Origin: the human T2T-CHM13v2.0 reference genome, Homo sapiens
Length of the DNA stretch: 64,000 bases
Direction: 5' to 3' (one strand)
NCBI RefSeq assembly: GCF_009914755.1
Contig: NC_060932.1
Position numbers and translations under genes: made by a program. Every line of letters begins with the position of its first letter. Position 1 is the first letter of the stretch. The notes beneath the pieces are model-generated. The model saw only the letters and a program-made list of their open reading frames with translations. It was not told where the DNA came from and made no database searches. Positions 28,734 through 44,039 of the stretch are shown piece after piece.

Positions 28734-29041
28734 TTTTTTCCTTTTATTCGAGAGAAGGTCTCACTCTGTTGTAGGTTGCCTAGGCTGGAGTGTAGGCACC
28801 ATTATAGCTCACTGGAACTTCCAACTCTTGGGCTCAAGAGATCTTCGGGCCTCAGGCCCCTGAGTAGCTAGGACTAGATGTGTGCACCACCACACCTGGC
28901 AAATTTTTTTGTATACACAAGAGGTGGGGGTGGAGTCTCGCTATGTTGCCTAGGCTGGTCCTGACCTCCTGGCCTCAAGTGATCCTCCAGCCTTGGCTCC
29001 CTAAAGTCTGGGATTATCGGCATGAGCCACTGCGCCTGGCC
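28734..29041 (-). mobile_element. AluJ-type SINE
   Basis: Alu antisense; TSD CATATGCTA at 28725-28733 and 29042-29050. Confidence 0.9.
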
Positions 29042-30800
29042 CATATGCTAGTCAAAAAGCTAAAAAATAGATAATAGGTACAACAGGAGCAAACAGAATT
29101 TAAAACAAGCATACAGAAATCAAATGCAATATGAGCCAAAGAAACTCAATGTATAATTCACATATCTCAGATATCAATTCATAACCATTAAGATGGAAAT
29201 AGTATTAAGTAGTATTGCTACGCATACACACATGCACACGTCTCTTTGAGACTCTATACTCTGGCCTTGCCAGATTTGTGCTGATTCTGAATCTCAAAAG
29301 AACCATCATCTCTGGGATATCACATAAATTGCAATATTTGCTTGATACAACTCTCTTTCCTCACTTTCCTACACTATAATTATTGTTATAAATATTTATT
29401 TACATGCTTGTTCCCCACATGACTGTATGTTTTAAAAGTAGAGACTGTCTTGATTACCAACAAGTCTTCGAAATTGAATGTAAGCACCATATACATTTAT
29501 TTGCTCAATGTTGGCATGGTTACATTAAAAGTGGTGACAGGTAACTTCTGCAATATTTGTAGAACACTTTAATCCAAGGCCAAGACTCTAAGATAATTTA
29601 AGAAATACATGTAGGGGGGTATTTTAAATGATTATATTTGTAATTTTTAAAAATCTAGGGGAAACATATTCATTAGATAACTGATTAAATTATAGTATAA
29701 GCCTATATGACAGCATGCAATATATTAGTATAAAATGCTCATGGCAATATTAATTTTTAAAACAGTAGGCTACAAATTGAACCTACAGTATTGTTATAGA
29801 CATAAAAATTACACAAGGACTACAAGGTGAAAGTTTCAAAAAGGTTAACATTAGCACTGCTAGGTCAAGAAAATGAAAAATCCACACTAGAATGAATAAA
29901 TTACATATATATACATGATGAAAACTATGTAAGAGTCAAAACGAATGAAACTCAACTATACATGACAATGTGGTTGACTCTCACAAACTTAAAGAAAAAA
30001 AGTCACAAAAGAATACTCCAGATTATGATTCCATTCATAGAGTTCAAGAACATGAAATTAACCTATTATTAAGAGGTAAATGTGATAAGGGCTGTTAAAC
30101 ATATAAGTAATAAATACTAACAATGAAATATTAGACATTTAGGACTGCTTTCTTGGGCAAGAGGAAAAAGGCGTAAGGAGATATAAGTAGTTAAGAGATG
30201 AGATCTAGAAAACATAAAACACAAAAACATTGATTCATTGTTTATTTTCATTTACATTAATGCTATTTAAACAATATATATTTTTAATAAAAGACTTCTA
30301 CTTAAACTTTATTAAAATGATGACTTCATACCATCATAATTTGCCCGGTTTAATTATTTTTCTAAATGTAAATTTTCTTCAAGTAGGACTCATAGGCCCT
30401 CAGGACTCACAGGGCCTCACTATGTACTAGTAAGGGCTAGTACACACCATAAAGAAGTATAATATATACCTATACATACACATCTGTACTAGTACACATA
30501 CACACACAGGTATGGAGCACTGCATTACATGGTGTTATGAACAGCAATTACTGTTGCAACAAAAAAAAACGTCTTTCAGTTATCAAACTACAAGGGCAAG
30601 AAAAGACTACTCACTTCAGCCACTCTCTATGGGCTAAAGGAATCTACCAAGAAAAAGAAAATTTAAATACTTGTATATGTGGTTTTACTTCGTATTGTTT
30701 TAAGTTAATTCTACATTTCTCTTTAACTTCTGTATGTTTTGAAAGCGGAGATACTGACTGCTCTTTACTCTCTAATACCTTTCCAAATGTTAATGCCCCC

Positions 30801-31764
<964 letters not shown>

Positions 31765-31765
31765 C

Positions 31766-32146
31766 AGGGATGTTTGCATAATGAACAACCTTAGAAGATA
31801 GAGTGCCTCCCTCCAGTACTATGGGCAAAATGTTTATGACAACAAGCAGTTAGACATGCTAACTGATCATTATAGCAGATTCAAGTTCCCTAAGCTCAAG
31901 TTTTCTCTCCTGTAATACAGCCTATTGATGTAGGTGGGAATCCATCTGGACCCATCTGTTTTGCCCAGTGGGAATTTTAGACTTGAGAAATTGGCACAAA
32001 TATGCTAATGCTTATGCTGTTTACTGTGCAAATAAAGACTCCAATCCAGTAATTTCCTGTCTCCTACCAGAATCCATTAAACTGGCAGGTTAACTTGTTA
32101 GCCTGTAAATGGGGTAAAATCTCAGAACCTTCACAGTTCTTGACGT
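31766..32146 (+). mobile_element. ERV1 LTR 3' part, MER34-like
   Basis: Ends GGGGTAAAATCTCAGAACCTTCACAGTTCTTGAC; AATAAA near 32031. Confidence 0.68.
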
Positions 32147-32219
32147 AACTATTATTCTGTAACTTTCTAAGAATTAGTGCTGTTACTGTGTGAGTGGCAT
32201 ATACACACAATCTCTGCTT

Positions 32220-33915
32220 TAGCCACTCTCAAAGTATGATATGCAGAACCCTATTGGGTTGGGGAGGGGGGTGCTGGGAGACATCTTCAGGGGGTCCATA
32301 GGCTTAAAACTATTTTCATAGTAATACTAGGATGTAAATTGCTTTCTCCCTATTTTTAAATTTGTATGGATGGTACAAAAGGAAAAGTAGGTAAAACTGG
32401 AGTGATAGCATAAATTACTGCAAATAATAGCACCACATACTAGTAATTACTTGAAGTTGCTACATTCTTCACTGCCACGTACTCACTGTAAAGAAAAGGC
32501 CAGTTTCACTTTAAAATGTCCTTGAGAAAGAAGTCAAAATGATTAATTTTATTAAATCTTGACTCTTGAGTATATGTCTTTTTAGTATTCTGCATGACTA
32601 AATAGGAAGTACACATAAAGCACTTCTGCTGCATACTAAAGTACCATGGTTGTACTTGGGAAGCACTTGGGAATCGTTTGAGTTGCAAACACTGAAATGG
32701 CTGTTTTTTCATGGAACATCATTTTTACCTGAAACAACAGTCGACAAACTATGGTTATTCTGAATTGAGATTTGGCAAACATTTTTCCAAAGTAAATGAC
32801 CAAAGTCTGTCACTTCAAGGAGAACACCCAAAAGTATTTGTTGCCAAAGATAAAATTTCAGCTTTTGAACAAAACTTAGAATTTTGAAGAACTCATATTT
32901 ATCACCATGAGGATAATAGCCTGCCAATCCTTAAACACTTTTCTGGTGAGATTAGTGGTATATTAACAAATGCTTATGTGTGTATCGGTTTATATTGAAT
33001 AATGAAATAGATTAGCATTTGGAAAGTCTGCATAACTCTGAGAAGCAATATTTCCAAGTTATCGTCATGGGTAAAAACATCCATTCAAAGTGTCTCAAAA
33101 ACCAACTGATTTTAAAGTAACAGAGCATGAAAAGTTTACATTGCAACTAATATTTAAGAAATGGGCATGTCAAATTTTGGTGTAATATCAAAGGAAAAAA
33201 CTCACCATTAACTGCAAATGATAATTAAGTATCCCTTTCTTTCCAGTTATATATCTATAGGAATCTGAATATATTTCAACTACAGTATCATATTGCAAGA
33301 GATTGAATGCAGAAGCAGATATAAGGATTCAACTATATTAATGCAGACATTAGAGAGATCTGCAAAAATGTAAAACAATGACATTCCTCCTACTTTTTTT
33401 TTTTTTACTCTGGAAAAGATCCCAATTTTCATTAGAAAATATTATTTATGTTAATAGGTTATTATTTTAAAATGAATATTTAAAAAAATTCTTAATTTCT
33501 AATATGATACGTTTTGATAAATATAATCCAAATATAAAAATTAAGTACACCAAAAAGCTTAAGGAGGTAAAGACAGGCAAAGTAAACCCATTGGGTGGTT
33601 AAAAGGCTTGCTAAGAATACTAATTATTCAGTGAAACATAATTGCAAGGATAATGTTTAACCTAATTAAAAAATAAATCTCAAATCTTCTAACATTAATT
33701 TTAATTACAAATGAATTGTTAGTAATTAAACAATTTTGTTTCGTAAAAATGCCGTTTACATGAAATTACTTGATTATTCATTACTTTGAATGACTTTTTG
33801 TAATGGATAATTCTGTTTTTTATAATAATTTAAATTTTTCATTTCCAAATAGTTTAATAAAATATGGAGGGAAAAAAAAAGAATGTAAAGGGGTCCTGAG
33901 ACCAAAAACCACTGG
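32220..33915. mobile_element. Charlie1-type hAT DNA transposon (internally deleted)
   Basis: GGGGTCCATAGGCTTAAAACTATTTTCATAGTAATACTA..., CAAACTATGGTTATTC...TGTCACTTCAAGG...TTTGTTGCCAAAGATAAAATT, ending GGGGTCCTGAGACCAAAAACCACTG. Confidence 0.8.
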
Positions 33916-34171
33916 TTTAGATACCTTTTAAATGTTTTTTAAACTATTATAACTATTTACACTATTATAAATGCTCTAATAACTTCTGATCCTATCCTTA
34001 ATATCCTCTTGAAAGGATTAACAATGTACAGCACTTGCCTTTCCTACTTCCTTTCATAATGACATTAACTTAAAAGAATTATTTTCTGTTTGTAACTCTT
34101 CCTCCTGTCTTGATGAGTTTATTTAAAAGTTACAAATATTATTTCAGGTGTTTCAATTTTATATCTTAAGC

Positions 34172-34479
34172 CAGTGGTCCCCAACTTTTTTGGCACCAAG
34201 GACACATTTCATGGAAGACAATCTTTTCACGGACAAAGGCAGGGGTGTGTGGGGGTTCCAGGATGAAACCTCAGATTATCAGGCATTAGTCTCATAAGGA
34301 GTGCATAATCTAGATCCCTTGCATGCACAGTTCACAATAACGCCATTTTGAGACTCTAAGACTGCTGCTCATCTGACAGGATGCGGAGCTCACCCACTGC
34401 TCACCTCCTGCTGTGCGACCAGGTTCTTAACAGGCCAGGGACCTGTAAGGTCTGTGGCCCAGGGGATTGGGGACCCCTG
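34172..34479 (-). mobile_element. MER1B-like hAT-Charlie MITE (opposite orientation to 14367-14710)
   Basis: CAGTGGTCCCCAAC...TTGGGGACCCCTG; perfect 8-bp TSD TCTTAAGC at 34164-34171 and 34480-34487. Confidence 0.92.
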
Positions 34480-34593
34480 TCTTAAGCAACAGATGAATAT
34501 CATCTGATCTAAGAAATTCACCATAATCTAATACTTAAAAATATCCTTTCACCTTCTGGTCATTCAAGTCTATATAATTTGATTAATACAGAT

Positions 34594-35233
<640 letters not shown>

Positions 35234-35671
35234 CTCTTAGAAGTAAAAATAATTCATCTTCAATTCTATCTGAATTCTGATTTGTGCTTTACACTTCAGT
35301 GACCAATTTAATATTTCAGAGAAATATTAAATATTCAGTTCTGATATTTAATATTTCTTTTATTGTGCTGCTTCATTTATTTATTTAACATTTTATTTTC
35401 AAAATGGCAATTCTAACCCTAATGTCCATGTCTTTAAAGGAAACATATTTTGGGATATTTGTCATTTAAAACATAGAGTTCTGACCTTTTCATTACAGTA
35501 TTATTTTCTAAAACTCTAAGGACATATACTAACCTTCCCATGTAAGGTAATTTCAAATTTCAAACATTGTATGAGTATCCATTCTACATATACGTTTATG
35601 CATTTTTACTTCACTGCATTTTTGTCTATATTTATAAAAATTAGTAATAGAAAAATCAAAACGCTTATAAT

Positions 35672-36124
35672 TTTTAAATTTTATGTTCAGGGGTACTTGT
35701 GCAAGTTTGCTACATAGGTAAATTGCATGTCATGGGGGTTTGGTGCACAGATTATTTCGCCAACCAGGTAATAAGCATAGTTCCCGACAGGTAGTTTTTC
35801 AATCCTCACCCTCCTCCCTCCCTCCACCCTCAAGTAGGCTCTGGTGTCTGTTGTTTTTATTTGTGTGTCCATATGTACTCAGTATTTAGGATCTCACACG
35901 AGTCAGAATGGCCATTATTAAAAAGTAAAAAAATAACAGATGCTGGTGACATTGGGGAGAAAAGAGAATGCTTATACACTGCTAATAGGAATGTAAATTA
36001 GTTAGCTATTGTGGAAAGTAGTTTGGAGATTTCTCAAAGAACTCAAAGCAGAATTATCGTCTGACCCAGCAATCCCATGACTGTATATATATCCAAAGAA
36101 ATAAAAATTGTTCTACCATAAAGG
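35672..36124 (-). mobile_element. 5'-inverted, truncated L1 (L1PB/old L1PA)
   Basis: 35672-35890 is an L1 3' end on minus; 35891-36123 is upstream L1 sequence on plus; TSD GCTTATAAT at 35663-35671 and 36125-36133. Confidence 0.85.
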
Positions 36125-38596
36125 GCTTATAATCATAAAAAGAAAGTTTGGTTTAAAATCCAACTGAAACAAAGATAAGAATCTTTAGTTTTAATTATAC
36201 ACTAATTGAAGTTAAACCAGCAATTAAACTCTGAAATGTGATTAAATAGTTAAAACAGTATGTACAAAATACTGGAAATGTCTCATCAAATATTGTCTAT
36301 AAAAGCTATGGTACAGTGAAGGATTATTTGTTTATTTCTTAAGTTACTGAGGATAGAACCTGCTTACCACAGAAATCTATTGTTCACACTCTTAGGAACA
36401 CAGAAGACTAACTGTATTTATTCAGAAGTAAGTACTAACTGCAGTAGCTTAGTAACTCCAAATAGAAATTTATGATCCTGTTGTTTAGGGAAAATTATGG
36501 AAAGCATACTGGCAGCCCGAGAGATCTAGTTTCTACTACTGACTCTCGCTTTGATCCCATATAAACTCCATCTATCTCAGCTTGTCTTAATAAATCTGTA
36601 AAATGAAGAAGATGAAATATGGAATTTCTTTGAAGCTGGAAAGATTGTCCCTTTTTATTATATATTGGACTTCTTCCCCACTCTTGATGTTTCCATCTAC
36701 GACACTGAGAAGATCCACTGCTATAACATTCTAGCTTTTATAAATTCCTGAGGAGTGAAGTCACATTTGATTGGTAAATGTAAGAAAAATCGGTGTATTT
36801 TGCTCAGTTCTATCACTTTTTCCTATAAGGAGCTAGAGGCCTCAGGAAAGAAGAGGTTTCAGCTGCCCCTCTAGGGGCAGCCAGAGCTGATGTAACATTG
36901 CCTGTGACTATAGTTAAATCTGCTAAATTCTAGGACTTAGTAAGCAGATCCACTAAGCTTTGGTACTGTAATGTATCAGTAATAATGGTTTTATTTTGCC
37001 ATTGCTTGGTTTTAATTAACATGCTCAAACATAGGAAATGAAGAAAGGTATCATAAACTGGGGGTATCTTAGTGACCAACATTAAACTACTGATCAACAA
37101 TACTTAGGAGTACTAAGATGAACTGAAATTCTCAGGGAAGCTACGTTTAAACCACAGCATTTTATGACACCTAAGATATAGCTGCCTTCAAAAGTTTGGC
37201 AGAAAACAGTATCTAAGAGTTATAGCACCTAAAACTATAACGTTAAGAAGAACAACCAGATTCTTCATTATTAGAACAAATAATCTCCAGTTAAGTCAGA
37301 TTCAACAGCCTTCTATCAGTCACGCCTGCAACTGGTTCTCTAAAATTTAACCCAAGGTAATAAAAAGAAGAGCAGCTATGTGATAGCTCTTATTTATCAC
37401 AATTCAGGGAATCATGTATGGGATTATGTCAAAACTAAACAACATCTAGGAAGTAAAACTCCTAAAAAATCAAAACAGCTCCAATAATCTTGGGTTTTGA
37501 CCAGTACCCAGCCTGGATATAATAATCTGATTAAGAATACTGCTTACTCTTCAATTAGAAGAGTAATTGAAGAGGAAGCGGGAAAATGAAAGATATTCAT
37601 TTCTTGAGATCCAAGATGGACCTAAAACCATTTTTTTAATTTAATGACTGTCACTAAAAGATAATTCTAAAGAAATATATTAAGCATCTATTATGAATCA
37701 GAACATTTGGTAGGTGTTGAGGACACTGGTAAAATGTCATACATGTGCTTTTTAGAACTTACTGGTGTTAAAGTGTGGTGAACAAGAGAGCATTGAAGAG
37801 ATAGAAATTAATTGTAAAAGCAAATATTTAATTTTGATACAGTTTCAAATGGTACTTCTGCCTAGCCATTGGTCCTATGCCATTCCACCTCATTTATCTA
37901 CACTGGTGTAATCTAGAAATGCTCATTTTACTTCTTTGAGTACTAATTAATGTTCAGCCATTAAATAAAGCTGGTAAGTATCCAAAAAGACTAGGAAGGG
38001 ATAGCGAGTGAGAAGAACAGTTATATTTCCTTTTAGTCAGTAAAATGTTGGGCCAGAACTCAGACCTGGTAAGCCAGCTTCCCATGACACTTTTAACTTC
38101 GGTTACATGAATTCTGCTAGAATACACTTTCCCCCAAATCTCTACGTGACAAAGAAACATCAGGGCACACTTGGCAGACATTTTTCAGGTTTTTCTTGAA
38201 AACAGAACCTTTGAAACCTGTATCAAAGACTCACAAGTCTAAAAACAGAAACAAAAGACCAAGTTGTTCTCAATCTCCTCTGTTGCTTTTGCTTGGAATG
38301 AGTCTCCTAAATTTCCTTCTGGTTTCAGTAATAACACTAGATTAATTTCTATATGCACAGCTCTAAATTAGCCACTGATTTGCTGAGACACCCTGCTCAC
38401 ATAAACAACTCTATGAAACACATTTAGTAGTATTAACTAATGGTTAAGGATTCCCCTAAGAAGGAATATCTAATAAGGTTCTAAATTAAAAAAAAAAAAA
38501 AAAAAATCTACATCTACTGCACCAAGCCACTCCAGGCAGTCTTCTTCAGTATCTTAATACAAATCTGTCAAAGCTTGTAAAAAGAGTGTAATTTTG

Positions 38597-38640
38597 AGGT
38601 GGCGGGGGCGGGGGGGGGGGGGGTGGCTGGGGGTGGGGTG
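38597..38640 (+). repeat. G-rich tract with G-quadruplex potential
   Basis: GGTGGCGGGGGCG, then a long G run, then TGGCTGGGGGTGGGGTG; at least four G-runs with short loops. Confidence 0.75.
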
Positions 38641-39545
38641 TGAAATATATGCATATATGGCACACCAGAGAGAAAAGGAAAAACAAATTCCAGATGAATT
38701 AATGAGCTGAATAAAAAACATTCCAAAATATAAAAAGAAGAAAAAAATTAACTCACTTGATATAGAAGCATTATTCAAATTTAAAACACATCATACAAAT
38801 TGGTAAGAAACACTAAGACAAATAAAAACTTCACAAAAGAAATAGTTATTACATAAAATAACTTGACAGTAAAAAAAAAAAAGATTGGCACAAGTTTATT
38901 CTACACACCAATTAATAATGATCAAACAAAAGTGAAGGTGAAGATGCAGTGAATCAGGCAATAACTGCAATCATTACTAATAAAAATATAAGTGGTAATC
39001 AATTTGTCAGAGGCTTATGATTCATTAATTTGAATTCTGTAACTCGTTATTAGATAAATATCCCTGGAAATAGAAAAGGCTTCATATGACAGAGATTTTT
39101 AAAAATAGCATCATCATAAATAATGTACTTTAAAAAAGTTATTACTTATTGTAATGTGTAGAACCACTACATGCAGACATGACCAACATCATAGCATAAT
39201 CCAACCATTAAACCAGACATTTCAATAACATGAGGAAACACTTAAGTCCATACTGTTGAATGAAAAAAAAAAAGTGAAGTTATTATACATTACAGGGTCA
39301 CAATTGTATATTAAAAAGCTGTCCAGAAAAGCACCACTTGAAAGATATCAATATACAGTGGTACCAAAACTATACAACACTGTTTTGCTGAGTGTGGTAG
39401 TATGAAAAGATGCTACTTTATGGAGTGATGAGACTTATCAAAGCCAGTAACTGCTAATCAAGTATCTTTGAAAAACATATTTAGACCAATCATTATCTGA
39501 GTAACTACTGACAAAATTTTAGAAATATTAATATCAGTAACTTAC

Positions 39546-39671
39546 CACATGAGTAGTTTTTAATGTATTGCCATCAAATCTGCATAAACTGGAGCTCTCT
39601 TCAAAGAAAATATCACATTCTTCTAACTCTTGAGCATTGCAAGGTGGTTTTTCTTTATCTGGATTTGGATT
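39546..39671 (-). CDS. NUDCD1: NUDCD1 coding exon (probably exon 8), 126 nt, [42 protein letters not shown]
   Basis: Acceptor TTTTCTGGACTAAG|AAT and donor GTG|GTAAGT; phase 0-0; inside ORF 39534..39809. Confidence 0.93.
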
Positions 39672-39799
39672 CTTAGTCCAGAAAATAAAATAAGTAAATA
39701 AGTAAAACAAATAAACAAGGGAATGGGTTTCTTCATCTTTAAAAATTTTAAGGTTACAGCAGTAATTAAAAATGAATTGCAAACCTATGACCAATAAAA

Positions 39800-42700
39800 T
39801 CATAATCACAAAAACAGAAATAACAGAATGATGAAGTCAACAGAAAAGGATATGAAAACAGGTATTATAAACAGTTCCATATACTCAAAGATGTAAAGGA
39901 AAACATAACCATGTTGAGAAAGAGAGAGATGAAAGAACCACACTGAACTTCTGGATATAAAAACACAAATCTGAAATGAAAAACAAAACAGATGTGACAG
40001 ACAGCTGATTAGACACTGCAGGAGAAAAGACCAGCGAGCTTGAAAAATAGCAATAGTGACTACAAAATGAAGCACAAAGACAAAACATAAAAGCAGGGAA
40101 ACTCAGTGACCTGTGGAACAATATCAAATGGTCTAGCATATGGGTAACTGGAGGAGGGCAAGAAGAATGGGGAAAAAAATTGCAAATAAGTAATGGCCAA
40201 CACTTTAGAATGTCAAAGAACTCCAAGCACAACAAACATTTTCTTTAAAAAATCAAAAACCACAGTAAGTCACATTATAATTAAATTTCTGAAAAGCAGA
40301 AATAAAGAAATTCCTAAAAGCAGACAGAGGAGGAAAAGATACATTATTTACAGAGGAACAAAGATGTAAAAGACAGCTGACTTCTCATCAGAAACTATGT
40401 AGGCCGGAATACAATGGTGGATATTTGAAGGTGTAAGAGAAAAAAACAAAAACAAAAACCTGTCAACACCAAATTATATACATAACAAAAATAACTTTGG
40501 AAAAGGGAAGAAAAGAGAAATATTTTTGCAGAAAAAAGCTGAGAGAATTTATCACCAGCAAATCTACACTAGAAAAAATGCTAAAAGAAGCTCTCAAGCC
40601 AGAAAAAAATAACATCAGATGAAAATGTCAATCAACACAAAGGAATGCAGAATAGAGGAAAAGGCAAATATAAGAGTAAATGAAAGACCTGTTTTTCACA
40701 TTTTTAATCTCTTTTAAAAGAGAATTACTGACTATAGCTAAAATAACAAGGTATTATTAATTTTAATAGAATATAAAATATAAAATGTAAGACAACAATA
40801 ATACAAAGAATAGAGTGGAAAATATAAATTTCTTAAATTATAGATGATACAGTTTTTAAAGATAGTTGGTGATAAGTCAAATATGTAACCTCTAGAACCA
40901 CTAAAACACACACACACACACACACACACACGCAAATATCTACCCAAACAGAAACATTGAAATATAGTTAACAATATGCTTAAAGTAGACATAAATAAAT
41001 TCATAAAATTCATAAATTCATAAAAGCAATTTTTAAATGTTCCCTTGCTTCAATGCAAGGGTCACTGTCTGGTCTTATATACCTCACAGAGTAACAGGAT
41101 CACAATAATTAAGGAATAAATTATACAATATTTGCATATAGCAGAAATACAATTCTACAACTGACCAAATGTGTAAACATCTAGTTTGCTAAGATACAGA
41201 GATATGTTAATTCTCATGTTATTAAGAACTTAATGAAATGAACTGAGAGAATCTGAAACTAAATGGATGGGAGTTCTAGAAGATCTACATACTCAACATG
41301 TGTCCATGTCCCAGCTGGGATATGGAACCACCTAGTTGTGGCTGTTGCCTCTACTCTAAATATCAATGGGAACAATTATGGTTGCTGTGGCTGGCTGTAA
41401 AGGCACCGCCAACAATCTCCTGGTTAGTTGATGCCATTGTGCACAGTGACTCAAGGAGATATCTATGTCCAGCAGAATAGAGAAAGTACCCTATAGATTT
41501 CTCCTTCCCTTCCCCTTCCAATTATTCATACTTTAGAAGCAGAAAAAATTAAAAGTTCGGGACTATCAAGGCCACCAGTGCTTCACAGGACAAGATTAGA
41601 GAGACAAGGAAATTGCAGAGAAAAGGGTCAAACATGCTATACTGCTTTCCAAGGACCATTTGCTGATTTCTAAACTGAGTCGAAAAAGACAAGCGGAAAG
41701 CAGCAAATAAGGAGCTAAAAAGCTGAGTTTGGGGTATTAAAGTGCTTGGGAGTCAAAAATTAGACTTCAGAGTCCACACAGTAGGAGAAGACCTGGTAAC
41801 CATCCTAGGCTTTCAGTTGAGATAAATGAAAAGTTTTGCCTTAGGTGTAAGAATAAACATGGAATAAATCAGCCATGTAAAAGACTGAAGCCCAGCATCA
41901 AATCAAATCAATCCCTATGGAATTAAGAAGGTAGGCAAAAATTTAGAGAATGCAGCTACAGTAGTGCTTAGAAGGATATGTACAACATTAAGTGCTTTCA
42001 TTGGAACAGAAAGGTCAAAAATCAACTAAGTATCACCTTCAAAAATAGAAAAAAAGAGCAAAATATATCCCCGGTAAACAAAAGGAAGAACATAATAAAT
42101 TTAACACAGAAAATAAGAAATGGAAAACTGAAAAACAAAGGCAATGGAAACAGATGCTCACATTAGACCTATATCTGTTAAAAGAAATGAAAAACATTAA
42201 AAACTAAGGCACCATAGTTAAGTGCCTTCCAAAAAAGCAAACTCAAGGTCCAGATTGTTTTACTGACAAATTCTACCAAACATTTTAAGACATAACACTA
42301 ATTCTATACATTCTCTTCTAGAAATAGAAGAGAGAACACTTCCCTAATCATTTTACAAGGTTATTATCCCAGATACCCAAACTGGAAAAAGATGGCAAAA
42401 AACAAAACAACACAAAACAAAAAACCTATCCAATATTCCTCACAAATAGACATAAAAATCCCCAAGAAAATATGAGCAAATCAAATTCAGCAATATGTAA
42501 AAGGATAATACATCATGACCAAGACGGGCTTATCCCACCAATGCAGAAAATTCTATAATCATTCATGATAAAAACTCTCAGCACACTACAAATAGAAGAA
42601 AATTTCTTCAATGTAATAAAAAGAACCTATCCTTCTTAATGATAAAAGTCGATTATTTTCCCCAAGATCACAAATAAGGCAAGAATGTCTGCTTTTACCA

Positions 42701-42800
42701 TTCGAGAGTTCTATATAGCTGTGGAGTAGACATTCTAACCACTGCAGTAAGGCAAGTATGAATAATTGAAAAACATAAAACTGCCTTCAGCTGCAGATGA
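39800..42800 (+). mobile_element. Cluster of old L1M fragments (ORF1, 5' and ORF2 pieces)
   Basis: GCTGACTTCTCATCAGAAACTATG, GCTGAGAGAATTTATCACCAGCA and ATTCTACCAAACATTT...CATTCATGATAAAAACTCTCAGCA; (CA)n at ~40907-40931. Confidence 0.75.
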
Positions 42801-43894
42801 GATTGTATATTTGTCTTCTCATAATCTAACAAACACACTGGTGTTCAGGCATAAATAACTTTCTCATAAACACTAACATTCAATTGAAACCATTGAGTTT
42901 AACAAGTAGTTAACTGCAATTATCTACAATCTCAAAACACATCTCCACTACTGTCACTATTATATCCCCAGAGCCTAATACAATAATACTTGCTGAATGA
43001 GCGAATATAAGGCAATGCAGCCTGCATGGCTTGTTGTAAACAGGGCTATGAAATCAAAGTTTTGCAGTCCTACATAAGAATTCCAGTGATTTCTGAAATT
43101 TTCAATTACTACTGGCAAACATGAAACTTAGTTTCTCTATTTAGCCATGTTTCCTTTTGATAGTGACATTCACTTTCAATATTCCAGTCCTTCTTTTCTA
43201 TCTTAGGATGCAAGTAACATTACAGTATAAATAATTTTTGCACAGTCTTCCTCATCTCTATAATTCAAGATGGCAATAAACCAGACATCTTTCATATGCT
43301 GATATCATTGTTAGAAAACGAACACATAATTTCAAGTTCTGATGTACTGCTGTATTTGTTCACATTCTTAACATGATCTTACACGTCATGAGAGTGGGAA
43401 TGTATTCAACCTCATGATTAAGTATTGTGTTGTCACTGTAATTATCACAATGAATTACATTATAAAGAAAAAATAACTATACTATATATGATACATATAT
43501 CCTTGCAAAATTGTAAACTCACCTCAAAAATTTTAGGGATAAGTAGATTCTTAGCAAATAAATTGTAACATAATTTTTGTCCTACCAGCATTGGTCAGTT
43601 GATTCTCCTAAAGAATACATGTAGAGAGAGAGAGCGCACAATACATACGCACACATAAACAGATACAGGCAAACCCTCTATACAGTATGACCACACATAT
43701 ATGTATGTATTTACATAGTGTAAGAAATAAATATTAGAACTTAGGCCATATTCAAACATCACTCAGATCAGTAGTATCTGATATGTATCTTTTATATTAG
43801 GAAAAGCAAAATATTGTTTGAAAAGCATGGCATAATCTTCACATAACATATTTTTGGACCCTTGGAAAGTCACACTACTATTCCAACTACTTAC

Positions 43895-44039
43895 CAGTTC
43901 TTCAGAGGTCAAATGCATCAAACGTTCAGCTATTGCAGCACACTGGGCTGAATCTCTTATAAGTTCCCCTTGTTTATCTCCAATTACTAGCTCTGGCCAG
44001 GTCAGTCCTTCATTCTTCTTAATCAAGGAAATCTCCAAG
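43895..44039 (-). CDS. NUDCD1: NUDCD1 coding exon (probably exon 7), 145 nt, LEISLIKKNEGLTWPELVIGDKQG...MHLTSEEL
   Basis: Acceptor TTCTAG|C and donor CTG|GTAAGT; end of the CS domain (L-x-I-x-L-x-K...W-x-x-L); overlaps ORF 43763..44038. Confidence 0.95.

Noticed and set aside
43763-43894. Read-through extension of exon 7 as an alternative C-terminus
   Set aside because: It follows a consensus GTAAGT donor; nothing supports intron retention from sequence alone.
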